From contig CM060732.1 in assembly GCA_030704615.1 (NCBI GenBank), positions 50,778,001 to 50,842,000 of the forward strand: a stretch of DNA of 64,000 bases, in the 5' to 3' direction. The notes below the pieces were generated by a model. That model saw only the letters and a program-made list of their open reading frames with translations, was not told the DNA's origin and did no database searches. The translations under genes and the position numbers were made by a program. This document shows positions 49,295-63,080 of the stretch, piece by piece (the stretch's first letter is position 1; each line of letters starts with the position of its first letter). Origin of the DNA: Takakia lepidozioides (lineage: Eukaryota > Plantae > Bryophyta).

Positions 49295-52189
49295 TTGGTA
49301 TTCTTAGTTCTATAGGTACGTGAGGTAGATTGTTAGTCATTGCTCATCCCTAGCTTGTTGCTGTAGATAGATTTGTCAAATTCAGGAAATTGTGCGTATA
49401 AATTATATCAATTGGGCATCTATTAAAGCGTTAATTTGTATTTTGGGACGGCGATCCCAACAATTTAAGCTTATTTTGTTGGGAATTTGTCCCATGTATT
49501 TGAAAATCATCATCCATGTAGCCATGTGATAATGAGCTTGCAGATACGGTGTTACGGTGGATAGTGACTACTCCGACTTTTATTCTTACACACTGTAAAT
49601 CATGTTGTAGGAGCTTCAGTCCTCCGAATTTCTAAGACCGGCCCACAAACCTACAAGTGGACAACAGTATTGAATGATCGTGACTTAGGTGCATATTAGG
49701 ATAGATAGACAGAGTTAGGCTTCAATAATGCTTATTTCTTAAAAAAACAAATCGAATACTATCATAGTGATGTATAATTGAAATGCCTAGACCAGCTATT
49801 GTATGATCATGTGATGAGAAACTAGCCTTCCACTATAGTCTCAAGACAAAATCATTGCTAGTATCCTATTGGTATTTTTAGGAAGATGAGAGAGTTAAAT
49901 TTAATATAGAAAGTTTTGAAAAACCCAATAAATATCACATCATGCGTCATTCCAAACTGTAAGTGATGTGGGGCTTAACTATCTTATTCACATGTGCAAT
50001 CCTGCTCCATATGCTAAGATTAAGAAATAACAACAAATCTTGTCGACTGGGGGAGAGTGATACAGCTTAAGAGTTTTAGCAATGTATATCTAGTGTCTTC
50101 TTTGGCTTTTCCGCATAGTGGCAGAGATGCAACCATATGCTTTTGTATTATGAAACCACAACAGTGTAGATTAAAGGAATCATACATCTCTATCAAACCA
50201 ATTTGTCCCTCTTTGGTGTTATGGCAGGTTAAATAACATATTACTGCAATCAATAGCTCCAGAAGGGAATTCCATGAATTATTTTATTTGAATATTAATT
50301 CACTTTTGAGAGTGTTTCTCCTTTTGGCCATTGTAAAATATGCTTGAGTTGGGGCAGCTCTTACCATATTTCGATTTGTAAACTTGGCTGCCTTCACCAA
50401 CATGGGGAGCAGCACATTCCTATCATATTCCTGCACGAAAACTTTAGCCCTGCCCCTGCCAATGAATTCGGTGATGCAAGACAACCTTTGTATCTTTAGG
50501 GTCAAGCATTAAGGCCCCGGTTATCAGCATCACGTCTGTCTGTCAGCGTTAGGTCATGTCAGACCTGACGCTGACGGGACCTCTATCACGTCAGGTTCCG
50601 GAAATATTCTGGTAACAAAAGTACTAGGTAAAATATTGTCACTTAAGCAGCCACGTCGCCGACATGGTGGCGGTGACAAATAAAATATGGAAAATATAAA
50701 AATAAAAACGACCGTCAATTGTGGCGGTCGCTTTATTTGGAAATTAAAACAAATCAGAACGACCGCCAATATGGCGGTTGCTTCAATTTAAAAAATAAAA
50801 CAAAAAAAAGACACCGCCACGTTGACGGTCGTTTTATTCAGAAAATAAAATAAAACACGCGACCGCCACATTGGCGGTTGCCTTATGTTAAAAACAAAAC
50901 AAAAATAAAAATAGGCGGTCGCTTTATTTATAAATAAATAAAAAACACGCGATCGCATACCTATTTGGCGGTATATTGGCGGTTGCTTCTAATTTTATTT
51001 TTACTTTTAAATTAAGCGACCACCACGGATGGTCGTTTCTAAAAAAAAATTGTTTTTAATATTAAGTGATCGCTTATCATTTATTTTATTTTTTAAATGA
51101 AGCGACCGCCCATTGGCGGTTGCTTCCAATTTATTTTGTTTTATAAATTACCTCCAGGTAAAACTTATTTTTTATTTTTTTAAATTAAGCGACTGCCAGT
51201 GGTGGTCGCTTGCAATTTTTTTTTTTTATTAAATAAAGCGACCGCCATTGGCGGTCGCTTATAATTTATTGGTGGTCACTGGTGGTCACTGGTGGTCGTT
51301 GTTTTTATGGTTAATTCTTATTTTTTTTATTATTATTTTAATTATTGGTGGTTGCTTCCAATTTTTTTTGTTTTCTGAATAAAGCGGCCGCCACTGGCGG
51401 TCGGCTATATATATATATATATAATGAAACGACCGCCACTGGCAGTCGTTTGTTTTTTTCTGTTTTTATTTAAATATTATTAGTTTAATCAAGCGACTGC
51501 CACTGGCGGTCGCCTATATATGCATATATATTTTAAATGAAGCAACCACCACAGGCGGTCGTTTTTTTTAATTATTTATTTATTTATTTAAGCGACCGCC
51601 ACTGGTGGTTGCTTCCAATTTTTTGTTTTTTTAAATTGAATGACGGTCGCTTTTATTTTATTTTATTTTTAAAATTTAGCGACCGCCATTGGGGGTCACT
51701 TCAATTTAATTTTTTTTAATTAAACGACCGATGTTGGCGGTCACTTCTATTTTTTTTTTAATAAATTAAATCACTGGCCATCTAATTAATTTACTTAGAT
51801 AATTTATTTAGTGGGGAACCGCCATTATCGGCGGTTGTACTTTCTTTTTGTTTCATTAATTGGAGCGACCGCTAATATGGCGGTCGCTTCTAGAAGTTGG
51901 CCCCTGTCATTATAACACGTGCCCCGATGAATGAGGGGGTGAGGCATATAAGCCAATGGAGACTCAATCTCACCTCACTCCATCTTCACACAACTTCAAT
52001 GTGCGTGGTATGTAATTATTCCACGACACGTAGTCTCGTGGAGAATGAGGCATGGATAGCATTTATGATAGCATGCAAAGGTATATCGATGTTCGCAATG
52101 CCCCCATGTCGGGTGGACCAATTGGGGTGATGTGGAATCTAAGTTCGATCGATGTGAGCACAGAATTTTGAATTCAAACATGAGCATAA

Positions 52190-52662
52190 ATTGGGAATTG
52201 GAGATAGAAGAGGAGTAGGACACCACAACAACGATGACGCTCATAAGAGGGAGGAAATAACACGAGGCATTTTTCCATTATGGATATCTGATGACTCACG
52301 TTGTTCGATGTGCATGAATCCTTACGACCCAGAGGGCGCTCATGTGCTTGGATCATGTGGACATATGTTCCATCCCACGTGTCTTATCCAGGCATCCTTA
52401 CGCGCAAGCGCTTGCCCAGAATGTGTGTACCAATCCATTGCCGGAACAAAACGAATTATATAACCGAGAACCGATTGAGAGACATTTGTTGTTGTTAGAA
52501 TTGGAAGATGTTGTATTATCTCATCGCCGAATTATGAATGCAGCGTACAAGGATCGTCTCCGTCGTGACGGCACAATGGTTAGAGACCGAGCCCACAAGA
52601 GGGGGGTGACAACTTTCAAGGCTAGCATCAAGGCAGTTGTGGAGAAATGGAAAGAAAGTTAG
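52190..52662 (+). pseudogene. RING-H2 zinc-finger ORF, frameshifted
   Basis: CSMCMNPY..GSCGHMFHPTCLIQ..ACPEC, then a frame change near 52430. Confidence 0.7.
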
Positions 52663-53519
52663 ACAAACCGTTTTGATGGTGTTCATCATGTTATGTTGCC
52701 GGATTTGCACGGCCTCGTTGCCGATTTGCATGCAACCCGAACACGGTTACTCGAACCACCTCCGCCACGCCGCGAAAGTCTGGAAGAAAGTCCACTTTCA
52801 CCGGAAAGTAGGCGGATGCTAGTCATCATAGCAGAAACGTTGTTTGGCCCCTCCTTGACCACGAGAACAAGGGCCCGGGCTCTCTAGTTTCCCACCGCAC
52901 ATCAGGGCACATCATCAAATCCATTGTCCCCTACATCAATATCAACATCAACGGAGTCCGACGACGACAACTAGGATACAAATAACTAGCAACGTAGTAC
53001 GTAAACCTGATGGATTTTTGTTGTACATTGAATTTCAAGAACACACTGATAGCACGGCGCCAGTTTTGTATAGGCACCAATTTTGTTAATACACATGTGC
53101 GATAGGGCCCACCCTCGACAGGGGGCAGTAGTCAAAAGGTGAAGTGACTCTTAGTTACGCCGGCTTCGGCCAGAGTCTTCTCTCTCTCTGTCTACACATG
53201 TGCGAAATCTCTCCAGTTGGATTGCATGAGCAATGTTTTCTTCACATTTTCACTCGTGTCGATGGGGAAGAAGTGGTTTACCCTCCAAACAAATTTACAA
53301 TGGTCGCATATTTGGTCATGACGTGTAAGTGGGTATATGCAATCAACTCAGAAAGTTTCAGAAGAAGAAAAATTGATGTCAACCAATAACGAACGGTCCT
53401 CTTCCAAACCACTTGTGGCTTAATCTCTTGTTTGATAATCATTTGTATATAGATATGAACCACATACCCACAAAGATCTCGAATCAAAAATTCATGGGGA
53501 TGGGGAACGAGTGAACGAC

Positions 53520-56050
53520 TACATGGACGTTGGCCCAATCATCTCCGTATTAATCCGGGATCTGTGAGACGGTATACTGAAGACGCTGCAGAAATTTCCA
53601 GACAAACGGAAATCATTTCGATGGGCATGCATCCGTTGGTCCATCGAACGAATTTTGTTTCATCTCATATTACACTGGGACATGTTTTATGGTATGTTGA
53701 ACATACTGGCAAAGTTTGAAAATAAACCAAACTCATCGGGAGGGGCAACCGTCCATTGGGCCATTGAACGAATTTCGATTGATGTCATACTCGTCCACGA
53801 CCTGTGAGACGGTGTACCGAACATACTGGCAAAGTTTGAAAGGAAACAAAAAATCATTCAAATGGCCAACCATCCGTTGTCCCATCGAATGAATTTCGTT
53901 TAATCTTGTATGACTTCGGGACGTGTTGGGCTGCGTTTTCGCCTGCTCATGATTTTGTTTTTGCTCCATTCTTGAACTATTGGCTTAGAGACAGCATATG
54001 CAATGTGCATGCAAAATTTGGGAGCCATCAAAAGTCATTTGGACCCAAAACCACGATTTTGCGCCTCATTTGCACTCCAAAGTGGATTTCAACTTCACGC
54101 ACTCCTCATAAAGAGTTCTGCAATAATGAGCAAAGACAATTTTTTTATTTTTTTTATTTTTGTTTGGGCCGAATTTTTGCAAGTTTAATGCACAAGTATG
54201 AGGGTAGAATACACAGAACAAAATTGACCCATATCATTGCGTAGCAAAAACCCGCAATCGTACACATTTTACATCTAATTATTGAATTAAAATTCATTAA
54301 AATCGATTTAATTCAAAATTGGTTGAAGATGGACAGCGCCGTTGGGGAGGCAAATGTTTTGTTTTTTGGTTGAATCTCTGCGCATGTGCTACACACATAT
54401 TTAAGCACATGTGGGCTAAAGTTGAGCGTGAACCACATCCGTTCAATGGGTGCAATAACCATTCACCCATGAGAGGATTTAATCTATTTCGCAATGCGCA
54501 AAACTGCATGACACATGAACGCGGCGTTGGCCCATTGAACAAATTTTGTTTCATCTCATATTACTCAAGGACCTGTGAGACAATATATTGAAGACACTGC
54601 GGAAGTTTCGAAGTGAATGAACATCATTTGGATGGGCATCCATCTGTTGGCCCATCGAACAAATTTCTTTTCATCTCATATTATACTAGGACCCGTCTTA
54701 TGTTATGTTGAACATATTGGCAAAATATGAAAGCAAACCAAACTCATCTGGATGGGCAACCGTCCTTTGGGCCATTGAACGAATTTCGATTGATGTCATA
54801 TTCGTCCGGGACCTGTGAGACGGCGTACCTGGCAAAGTTTGAAAACAAACAAAAATTATTGAGATGGCCAATCATCTGTTGCTTCGGTTCATCTCGTATG
54901 ACTCATGGACCTGTTGGGCTGCGTTTCGCCTGCTCATGATTTTGTTTTTGCTCCATTCTTGAACCACTGGCTTAGCAACAACATATGCAATGTGTGTACA
55001 AATTTTGGAATGAATCAAAAGTCATTTGGACCCAAAACCACAATTTCGCGCCTCATTTGCACTCCAAAGTGGATTAGTCTTCAACTTCATGCATTTTTCA
55101 TAAGAGTTCTGCAATAGTGAGCGAAGACAATACTTTTTATTCTATTTTTGGTTGGTCCGAATTTTTGTAAGGATGCACAAGTGTGAGGGTTGAATACACT
55201 GAATAAAATTGACCCATAGATAAAATCATTGCGTAGCAGAAATCCACAATCATAGAATTCAATTGATCCCATACTTGTCATGGACCTATTTGAGGGTATG
55301 TAGAACATGTTGGCAAACATTGAAAAGAAACAAAAATCATTTGGATAGAGAACCATTCATTCGCCCTTTTAATGGATTTCGATTGATTCCATACTTGTCC
55401 TGGACCTGTTTGAGAGTATATAGAACGTGTTCGCAAACATTGAAAAAAACAAAATTCATTTGGATGAAGAACCATTTGTTCGCCCTTTTATAAATGAATT
55501 TTGATTGATCCCATACTTGTCCGGGACTTGTTTGAGGATATGTAGAATATGTTGGCAAGCTTTGAAAAGAAACAAAAATCATTTTGATGGGAAACCAATG
55601 GTTTGCCCTTTTAATCAATTTCGACTTTTGCTATACTTGTCCAGGATCTAGCACATGGTATATTCAACATGCTGGCAAAGTTTGGAAACAAACAAAAAAT
55701 CATTTGGATGAGAAACCATTCGTTGGCCTTTTCAATCAATTTTGATTTACGCCATATTTGTCCACAGTTTGAAAACGAGTAAAATGCATTTGGATACACA
55801 ACCATTTGTTCACCCTTTGAATCAATTTGGATTCATGCCGTATTTGTCCAAGACTTGTCACATGGTCTGTAGAATATACTAGCGAAGTTTGAAAACAAAC
55901 CAAAATCATTTGGAGGAGAAATTATTCGTTTGTCACTTGTACGCCACTGACCTCGTACTTGTCCAGGACCTGTCGTATGGTATGTAGAACATTGATGATG
56001 GTACCAAAGTTTGAAAACAATATAAATCATTTGGATGGGGAACGGTTTGT
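53520..56050. repeat. Degenerate ~120-bp tandem array with a ~1-kb-offset block duplication
   Basis: aaatcatttggatg-like core recurs about every 120 bp; 53520-54260 resembles 54530-55260. Confidence 0.8.
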
Positions 56051-59000
56051 TCACAGTGGAAACAAATCGTGATAGGCCCATGAGAGCTTTCCCACCAGTG
56101 GCACACTATATGGGTACATTTATCAAGGCATGTGCAGAGCCCGCCAGAAGATGGCGGGGCTGCAGGCAGAATGCTCCCCACGCCAAACCTCCCGCTCAAC
56201 CTCTTGCTCGCCAAGCTCTCATGTGTGGGATGCTCGCTCATGCTCGCTTAACTCGACGTGTGTTTGACTTTGTGTTGTGTGGGAGATAGCGGGCCCGGAA
56301 GAACACGTCAAGATTCAGGGCCCTCGTGAAATTTGTCGTGCCCTCAACCTAAGGGAGGGTTTTAGCGTGCCCCGGTGGGGCTCCATTTTTGTGGTTTTTC
56401 CCATTGACACCATATTTTGCTGTTTTTGTGGCTAATAGCGGGCCTCGGTGGGGATGCTATGAGTGCTCCAACAGAGCTAGGTGCAGAACGCTCATGCTTC
56501 GAATCCATTGTTTAGAGAGACGTTGTTGTTTTCCCGTGTGTCGAGAGGTCGGGGGTTCAAACCCGTTGTCACTCCCCCCCCTTCCGTGTCAACCCATTGT
56601 TTGCGAGAGTGACGCCGCGCCACGTGGCGAGGACCCTCTCGACAGGTGCGGGGTTCAAACCCCTGCCCCTGCCCCTGCCCCTGCCCCTGCCCTTGATTTA
56701 CTCATAGGCAAGAATAAGAATAAGCAGCGACCGCCAATATGGCGGTCGTTTCATATTTTAAATATAAAAAAAACAACCGCCAATTTTACAGTCGGTTAAT
56801 TTTTCTTTTGAAAAAAACAATGACCGCCAATTTGGTGGCCGCATTATTTTCTTAAAAAGATATGAAGCGACTGCTATATTGGCGGTCGCTTAATTGTTTT
56901 TTTTTTTTAAAAAGGCCACCGCCATTTTGGGGTCGCTAATTTCTTAAAATTTAAAAAAAGTAACGACCACCAATTTGGTGGTCGCTTCATTTTTTAAAAT
57001 TATGTCGCCATCCAAAGGGAGCGTAACTTATGGTGTCTCTTCACCACAAGGGCTACTGCCTTCATTTTTTAAAATAAAATAAAATTGGTGGTCGCTTCAT
57101 TTCAAAATGGATAACCAATTTTCCGGTGGTTTAATTGTTTTAGAAGAAAAAGCAATGACCGCCAATTTGGTGGTCGCTTTATTTTATTTATTCTCTAAAT
57201 TTCAAGTGATCGCCAGTTTTTTAAATAAAAAATCAGCGACTGCCAGTTTGGTGGTCGCTTAATTGTTTTATATTAAAAAAAAACCTGCGACCGCCAGTTT
57301 CGCAGTCGCTTAATTTTTTTTTAAGAAAACCAGTGACCGCCAGTTTGGCGGTCATTTTTTTTTTTCTTTTGTCTTTTTGGTTTTTTTTTTCTCTCTCTCT
57401 CTCTCCCTTAAAAAATCCGATTAATAATTAAATAAAAGCTGCGACTGCCAATTTTGCAGTCGCTTACAGTTTTTTGTTTTGTTTTTTGGAATGGTTTGCT
57501 TAATATGGAGTGACCCCCATATTGGCGGTCGCTTATATTCCTGACGTGACGTGGCGCTGACAAGTTACGTCACGTCTGGACGTGCATCACGTCTTGTCCA
57601 CTCCGGACATTTACCCATGCATTTCTTTAACATTTAACTTTTACGATCTACTTCTACCATTTCTAATGACATGGCAGCCACGGTGTAGTACACACATGGA
57701 CAGTGTTTAATCTTCTTAAAATTATTTTGATAATGCGCGACTGCCAATATTGACGGTCGTTACAAAAAAAAAATTTAAATAAAAAATAAAGCGACCGCCA
57801 AATTGGCGGTCGCTGTTTTTTTATTTAAAAAAAAGATGCGCATGTCTACTAAGCGGCCACTGTTTGTTTTTCTTTTTTAAAGAAATGAAGCGACCGCCAA
57901 ATGGGCAGTCGCAACTATTTTTTATTTTAAAAATGAAGCAACCACCAGATTGGCAATCGTTGATTGTTTTTATTTTGAAAAAAGAGAAGCGACCGCAAAT
58001 TGACGGTTGCTTGCTTTAAGACCAACATGTTGTGTGCTTTGTCCCTAATGAAACTTGTACAACAAAGGCCAAGAAAGGTGCCAAAACACCAAATGCCTCA
58101 CCTCCAATTCGAGCATACAAAATCTCCAGTTCAGAGTCTGCCTCACCCAACATGTAAGGTAGAACATGGGCTGCCCTCCTATTCACGTCCACTTGCTACT
58201 GCCTACAAATGGTAATGCAAGCCACCAAGGCATTAGATAGTAACCAGTATCATTTGGTCTGGTTCAACACACATTGTTGTACCAGTACTGGCTTCAATGT
58301 CTTCATCATAGCTCTTGCAACAACCCAAGTCAAGCCGCTTGGGACTCTAATCTGTAGCTGAAGTATATAACATATGTTGATGGTGGAGCTGTACTCTAAT
58401 GTTTCTTGCACCCCCAACCACACATTCCTTCAAAATTCAGAAATGAACACCTTCCCAAGGTACCCAGCCCACCCTAACTTACAAAAAGAGTAAGTGCAAT
58501 ACCTTGAACAATACCACCTTCTTATTGTAGGAGATGCTCGACCCAAAAAATTCGGTGATGGCGCTAGGGTTACCTTCTGCCGCTTCTTGCACGGCTGCCT
58601 GGCATCCTGGCTATTCTCCAGCCTCAGTTTCCCCGCAGTCTTGTAGCACTCCAGATCGGGTCCATGCTCATTCAACATGTGCTTGATCATGGACATGTTG
58701 TCATGGCTAGGATTGTATTTCAGAATCCCTTTCCGTAATCTCGTTGTGATGTTGCCGCTCTGCACTGACGCTGTAGGGTGGCAGCTGATTCTGCCACACA
58801 CCAGTAAAATCCAACACTAGCACACACCAGCAAAATGCCTCTCAACGACACAATCAGCTCGTTAAATCTGCCTCCACTCCCATCCTCATTGAAGTGCCCT
58901 CTTGAAAATGCCTTAATGAAAATTACCCTAAATCCTACCCTTGCATCCTCTCCCTCAGCCGGCGCATGCATGGTATTGGAGTGGTAGCGCGAGGAAGAAG

Positions 59001-59435
59001 ACCAGACTGGTCGGGTTTGTGCTAGGGTTTTAGAAGTTCATGTACTCTGCCCCACCAAGGCATTGTCGGGTCTTGTCAGGCTTGCACATACCCGCCTGGT
59101 ATGATCTTTCATACCATTCCCCTTACCCTAGTTGATATCCGCCCCAAACCCGTATACCGGTCCAACACTGGTGCACATGGGGACGGAGGACGACGTTTGC
59201 AGGCAATGAGGCCCTTAACCTTCCCTAACCATGGCTTACTTTCGCCACTCTATGCGGCCGCCCACCGCTAAATAACCACAGTTTAGCCAGCCATAGCTAG
59301 TGGTGGCTAGTTAGACACCAATGCGGTGGGGGCTTAAGTTAACGACTGGTGGTTAAGGTTGACACTTGAAACTTCCATGCGGCACCCATGCAACTAAAAC
59401 CATAATGTGTTTTCCAATTTCACTGGCAAGAGTCT

Positions 59436-60043
59436 TGTATGGACGAGAGCATGACTTAACACAAACAAGAGATCAGACTAGAGGTACAAGACTAGACAAG
59501 AAATCAAGGTCGGCGTGGCCGAATGCATGATGAGTAAATAGGAATCAAGACGATCTTTATAACAATGAACAAGAGTACAAGATATTGGAACACAACTTGA
59601 ATACTGGAATGCTGGAAACTTGACTGGAGTACCAGATACTGGAAACTGGGCTAGAGTACTGGGAATTGGAAACAAGAGTAGCTTGAAGTGGTGTTGGCGA
59701 GACTAAAGAGTGTCAAGTCTCGCCAACTATATATACTGCCTACTAGGAGGTTCCCTAAGAGGCTTCCCCAAAGGAGGTTTCTTGATAGAGAAGTTTTCAA
59801 GGTTAAACAAAGGTTTCTTGATGGAGAAGTTTCCTCCAAAGGAAGCTTCCTGAGCAGTTTCCCAAGTTACTTTCGATAATTTGGTGAACTCCCGATAACT
59901 TGGTGACTAATGGTAACTTATGGTAAATCATGGTAGATCATGGTAGATCACGATAACTTTCGATAATATGGTAACTTGGTAACTTCTGGTATTTATTCTT
60001 GGTAAGTTCTTCTGGGCTATGTCCGTGACATCACCCCCTCCTC
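59436..60043 (-). mobile_element. LTR (~595 bp) with adjacent polypurine tract
   Basis: Minus strand: AGGAGGGGGTGA PPT (60031-60042), then TGTCACGGAC ... GTCCATACA, a TG..CA imperfect inverted end. Confidence 0.6.
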
Positions 60044-60163
60044 TAGTGCCGAGTTCCTCGAGGAGCGTTAAAATCTTGGACTTGCTTAGAGTTGGAGAAC
60101 CTCCCTCCTTAGTGTGTATCAGATACACTGAATGTGGAGTCTTCACCTTGAAGCTAACTTGGC

Positions 60164-63080
60164 CACTACAACAGATCGCGGTATATCTGACTGTCGAGCC
60201 GTGATAGTCATGGTTTTTCTTACTTTGACCATGACTTCCATGTATTTTTGGACCAAATGGGGCTTCATGTAGTCGTTGAAATGACTACATGACTACGTAG
60301 TCCTCTGGGCGACTACTTTGGTAGACGTCGTCATGATTGCATGGCTCCGCACTAGACGGATGGTTGGTCAATGATGATTGACCGGTGCGAGCTCACCACC
60401 AAATAGTCGCTGGAATGACTTATAGTGCAAGCCTGGTAGCCAAAAGGGTAAAAACAATTTAAAAAATTGCTTATAGGGTTGCGCATGAGAGTGGGGATTT
60501 AGTTTTTCTTTTTCTCTTACCCCTGCGCAGTTTCTTAGTATCGAGCTGTTGTGTTGGGTCATGGAACGCGATGATCGCAGGATAGGGGCGTGGGATGGAG
60601 GCTTTGCGGAGCTATTCTTGAGCTACTGATGCAGGAAGGGGCGAAGTGCAACCTGCACCGCAACCGCAATGGCCTCTTGGCTCTTGTTAGTACCATGATT
60701 TGGTATTCTTCCTAATGTTTACAAGGTTCTTGGGAGAGACAACTTGGTCTTAGCAGTCTGTGTTTCAATCGACGCCCGCTCAGCTGCACCGTGGTGGTCC
60801 TCACAGACCAATACGATATTACCTGACTACAGACACAAGCAACACACACAAGAGGTCATATTGTGTTCATGGTCAGTCAAATCCTCCATGGGTCATGACA
60901 CAAGGTCGAGGATAATGTGGTGAGGGCACCTTCTTCTTCGACCTATTTTAGCCTGTTTTGACCTCTCATCAGATTCGGCCCTGAATTTCTTCACGGTGGT
61001 GGGACAACCGCAATCACAAGGTGTAGTTTTTTCTTAATGTACCATGTAAATTTCTAAGTTAGTCCATCCTGCAAATGTGGGCTCTTGGCTCCTGTTATGA
61101 TTTGGTATTCTTCCTAATGTTTACAAGGTTCTTGGGAGAGTCAGCTTGGTCTTAGCAGGCCGCGTGTCAATCTTTGCCCGTTCAGCTGTGGAAATTGCAG
61201 CAGCGGCACAATTGATAAAATCAGGCACTGCTACTCAATGCACATTCTTCAACACATTTCACCCTGTTTTCTCCTCTTATCAGAATCGGCCCTAAATTGG
61301 TGAGGGCACCTTTTCTTCAACCTATTTCAGTTTTGCCCTCTCATCATTAGGGTTGGGGTGTTTGTTGGAAGAGGGCCGGATTTCAAGCACAAGATTACTT
61401 ATGATTCCCTGTGGATCCATTGCTACAAGAAACCTGCATGTGTAGATGGTGAACTGGAAGCCGCAGCAACAGTGGCACAATTGGTAAATTAGGCATTGCT
61501 AATGAAAGCAACCTTCTTCAACACATTTCACCCTGTTTTGCCCTCTTATCAAAATCGGCCCTAAATTTTCAGGTTGAATTTCTGTAAGTTACTGGTTGAG
61601 TGAACCTTTGATAGTGTTTGCAATGTGTGTGCAAGACTGGCAGCTCTGGAGAAGGGCAAAGAGGTCCATGACGACATTGTCAGAGCTGCAATTGTACCAC
61701 ATGTCATTCTGAACAATACCCTCGTGGACATGTATGAAGGGAGTGTTCGACAGTATGGCTGAACAAGATGTGGATGTCGTGGAGTGCGATGATTGCAGGA
61801 TATGCACAGCTACGGCGTGGGATGGAGGCTTTTGAGAACTATGACCAAATGATGTGCGAAGGGGAGAAGCCCAACCACATCACATTTGTTTGTGTTTGCA
61901 ATGTGTGTGCAAGCTTGGGAGCTCTGGGAAAGGGGAAAGAGGTCCATGGTGACATCTTCAAAGCTGGAATTGTACCAGATGTCATCATGAACACTGCCAT
62001 GGTGGACATGTTTGTCAAATGTGGGTGCATTCAGGATGCAAAAGGAGTTTTCCAAAATCTGGTTGAAGGAGATGTGGTGTCGTGGAACGCCATGCTTGCA
62101 GGGTATGCACAATAGGGGCACGGGATGGAGGCTTTTGGAGACCTGTGAGCAAATGATTGGGGAAGGGTGAAGCCCGACCACATCAGGTTTGTGTGCGTTT
62201 GCAGTGTGTGTGCAAGCCTGGCAGCCTTGGAAAAGGGCAAAGAGGTGCATGGTTGCATCGCCAAAGCTGGAATTGTACCAAATGTGATTCCCTATGGATC
62301 AATAGCTACAAGAAAACCTGCATAGTAGATGGTCAACTAAAGGCTGCAGCTGCAGCGACACAGTTCATAAAACCAGGCACCTCAACCATGACCAAAGCTT
62401 CTGAAAGTGGATCAAGAGAGGGAGTCCACAATGCCTCTTCTGGCACTTCTGGACATGTGAAGATGCTTTGTGGCAGACTGACTGACAGAGGCTCTACAGA
62501 CTTAAAACCAATCAGGCATTTCAGCAGATTGAGGTACATATGTCTGTCCCTTGCTTAAGTGCAACAAGATGGAAAGTCTGGACGCTGGAAAGCAAGTGCA
62601 CACTTACATTATCCAAAGTAGATGCATGCCAAATCTTTTTCTACTGAACACCCCTATCTCCATGTATATTAAGTGCGGGAGCATCATGGATGCTCACCAA
62701 GTGTTCAACAGAATGCCTCAACAATCTTTGATCACGTGGAATATAATGTTGGCAAGAATTACCAAGCATGGGTGTGGTAGTTTTGGAGACCTATGAGCAA
62801 CTGCTGCATGAAGGGGTGAAGCCCAACCACATCACATTTGTTTGTGTTTGCAATGTGTGTGACGTAAGCTTGGGAGCTCTGGAAAAGGGGAAAGAGGTCC
62901 ATGGTGACATCATCAAAGCTGGATTTGTACCAGATGTCATTCTGAACACTGCCCTGGTGGACATGTATGCCAAATGTGGGTGCAGCAAGCCTGATGCAAA
63001 GGGAGCGTTCGACAATATGGCTGAACGAGATGTGGTGTTTTGGAGTGCCACGATTGCAAGGTATGTGCAGCATGGCTCGA
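60164..63080 (+). mobile_element. Second Pack-CACTA copy (inverted relative to 17108-21537); far end not found in window
   Basis: CACTACAACAGATCGCGGTATATCTGACTG at 60164. 60520-60690 is the reverse complement of 21305-21450. ATGACT repeats and PPR cargo. Confidence 0.85.
61600..63075 (+). pseudogene. PLS-class PPR gene fragments
   Basis: SWSAMIAGYAQ..GEKPNHITFVCVCNVCASLGALGKGKEVH..VDMFVKCGCIQDAKGVF..DVVSWNAMLAGYAQ*, with stops and frameshifts. Confidence 0.88.

Larger units (their letters stand above)
50513..58016. mobile_element. Non-autonomous PIF/Harbinger-like element with GCGACCGCC subterminal arrays and a RING ORF
   Basis: TAA at 50510-12 and 58017-19 at the exact break in the hAT frame. 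Left end GGCCCCGG. Dozens of GCGACCGCC/GGCGGTCGC motifs at 50690-51890 and 56720-58010. Right TIR not recognisable. Confidence 0.7.
50284..59170 (-). mobile_element. Decayed hAT element (terminus 59170; transposase pieces 58020-58970 and 50284-50512) split by a 7.5-kb insertion
   Basis: CCAACACTG end at 59170. BED-like RKGILKYNPSH..KHMLNEH. KAHNMLVL (58017-58040) rejoins MLDP..RLSCITEFIGR..EYD (50509 downward). Confidence 0.75.

Noticed and set aside
53520-56050. CRISPR-like or coding array
   Set aside because: Whole units are homologous and degenerate with no unique spacers, and the ORFs are short and inconsistent.
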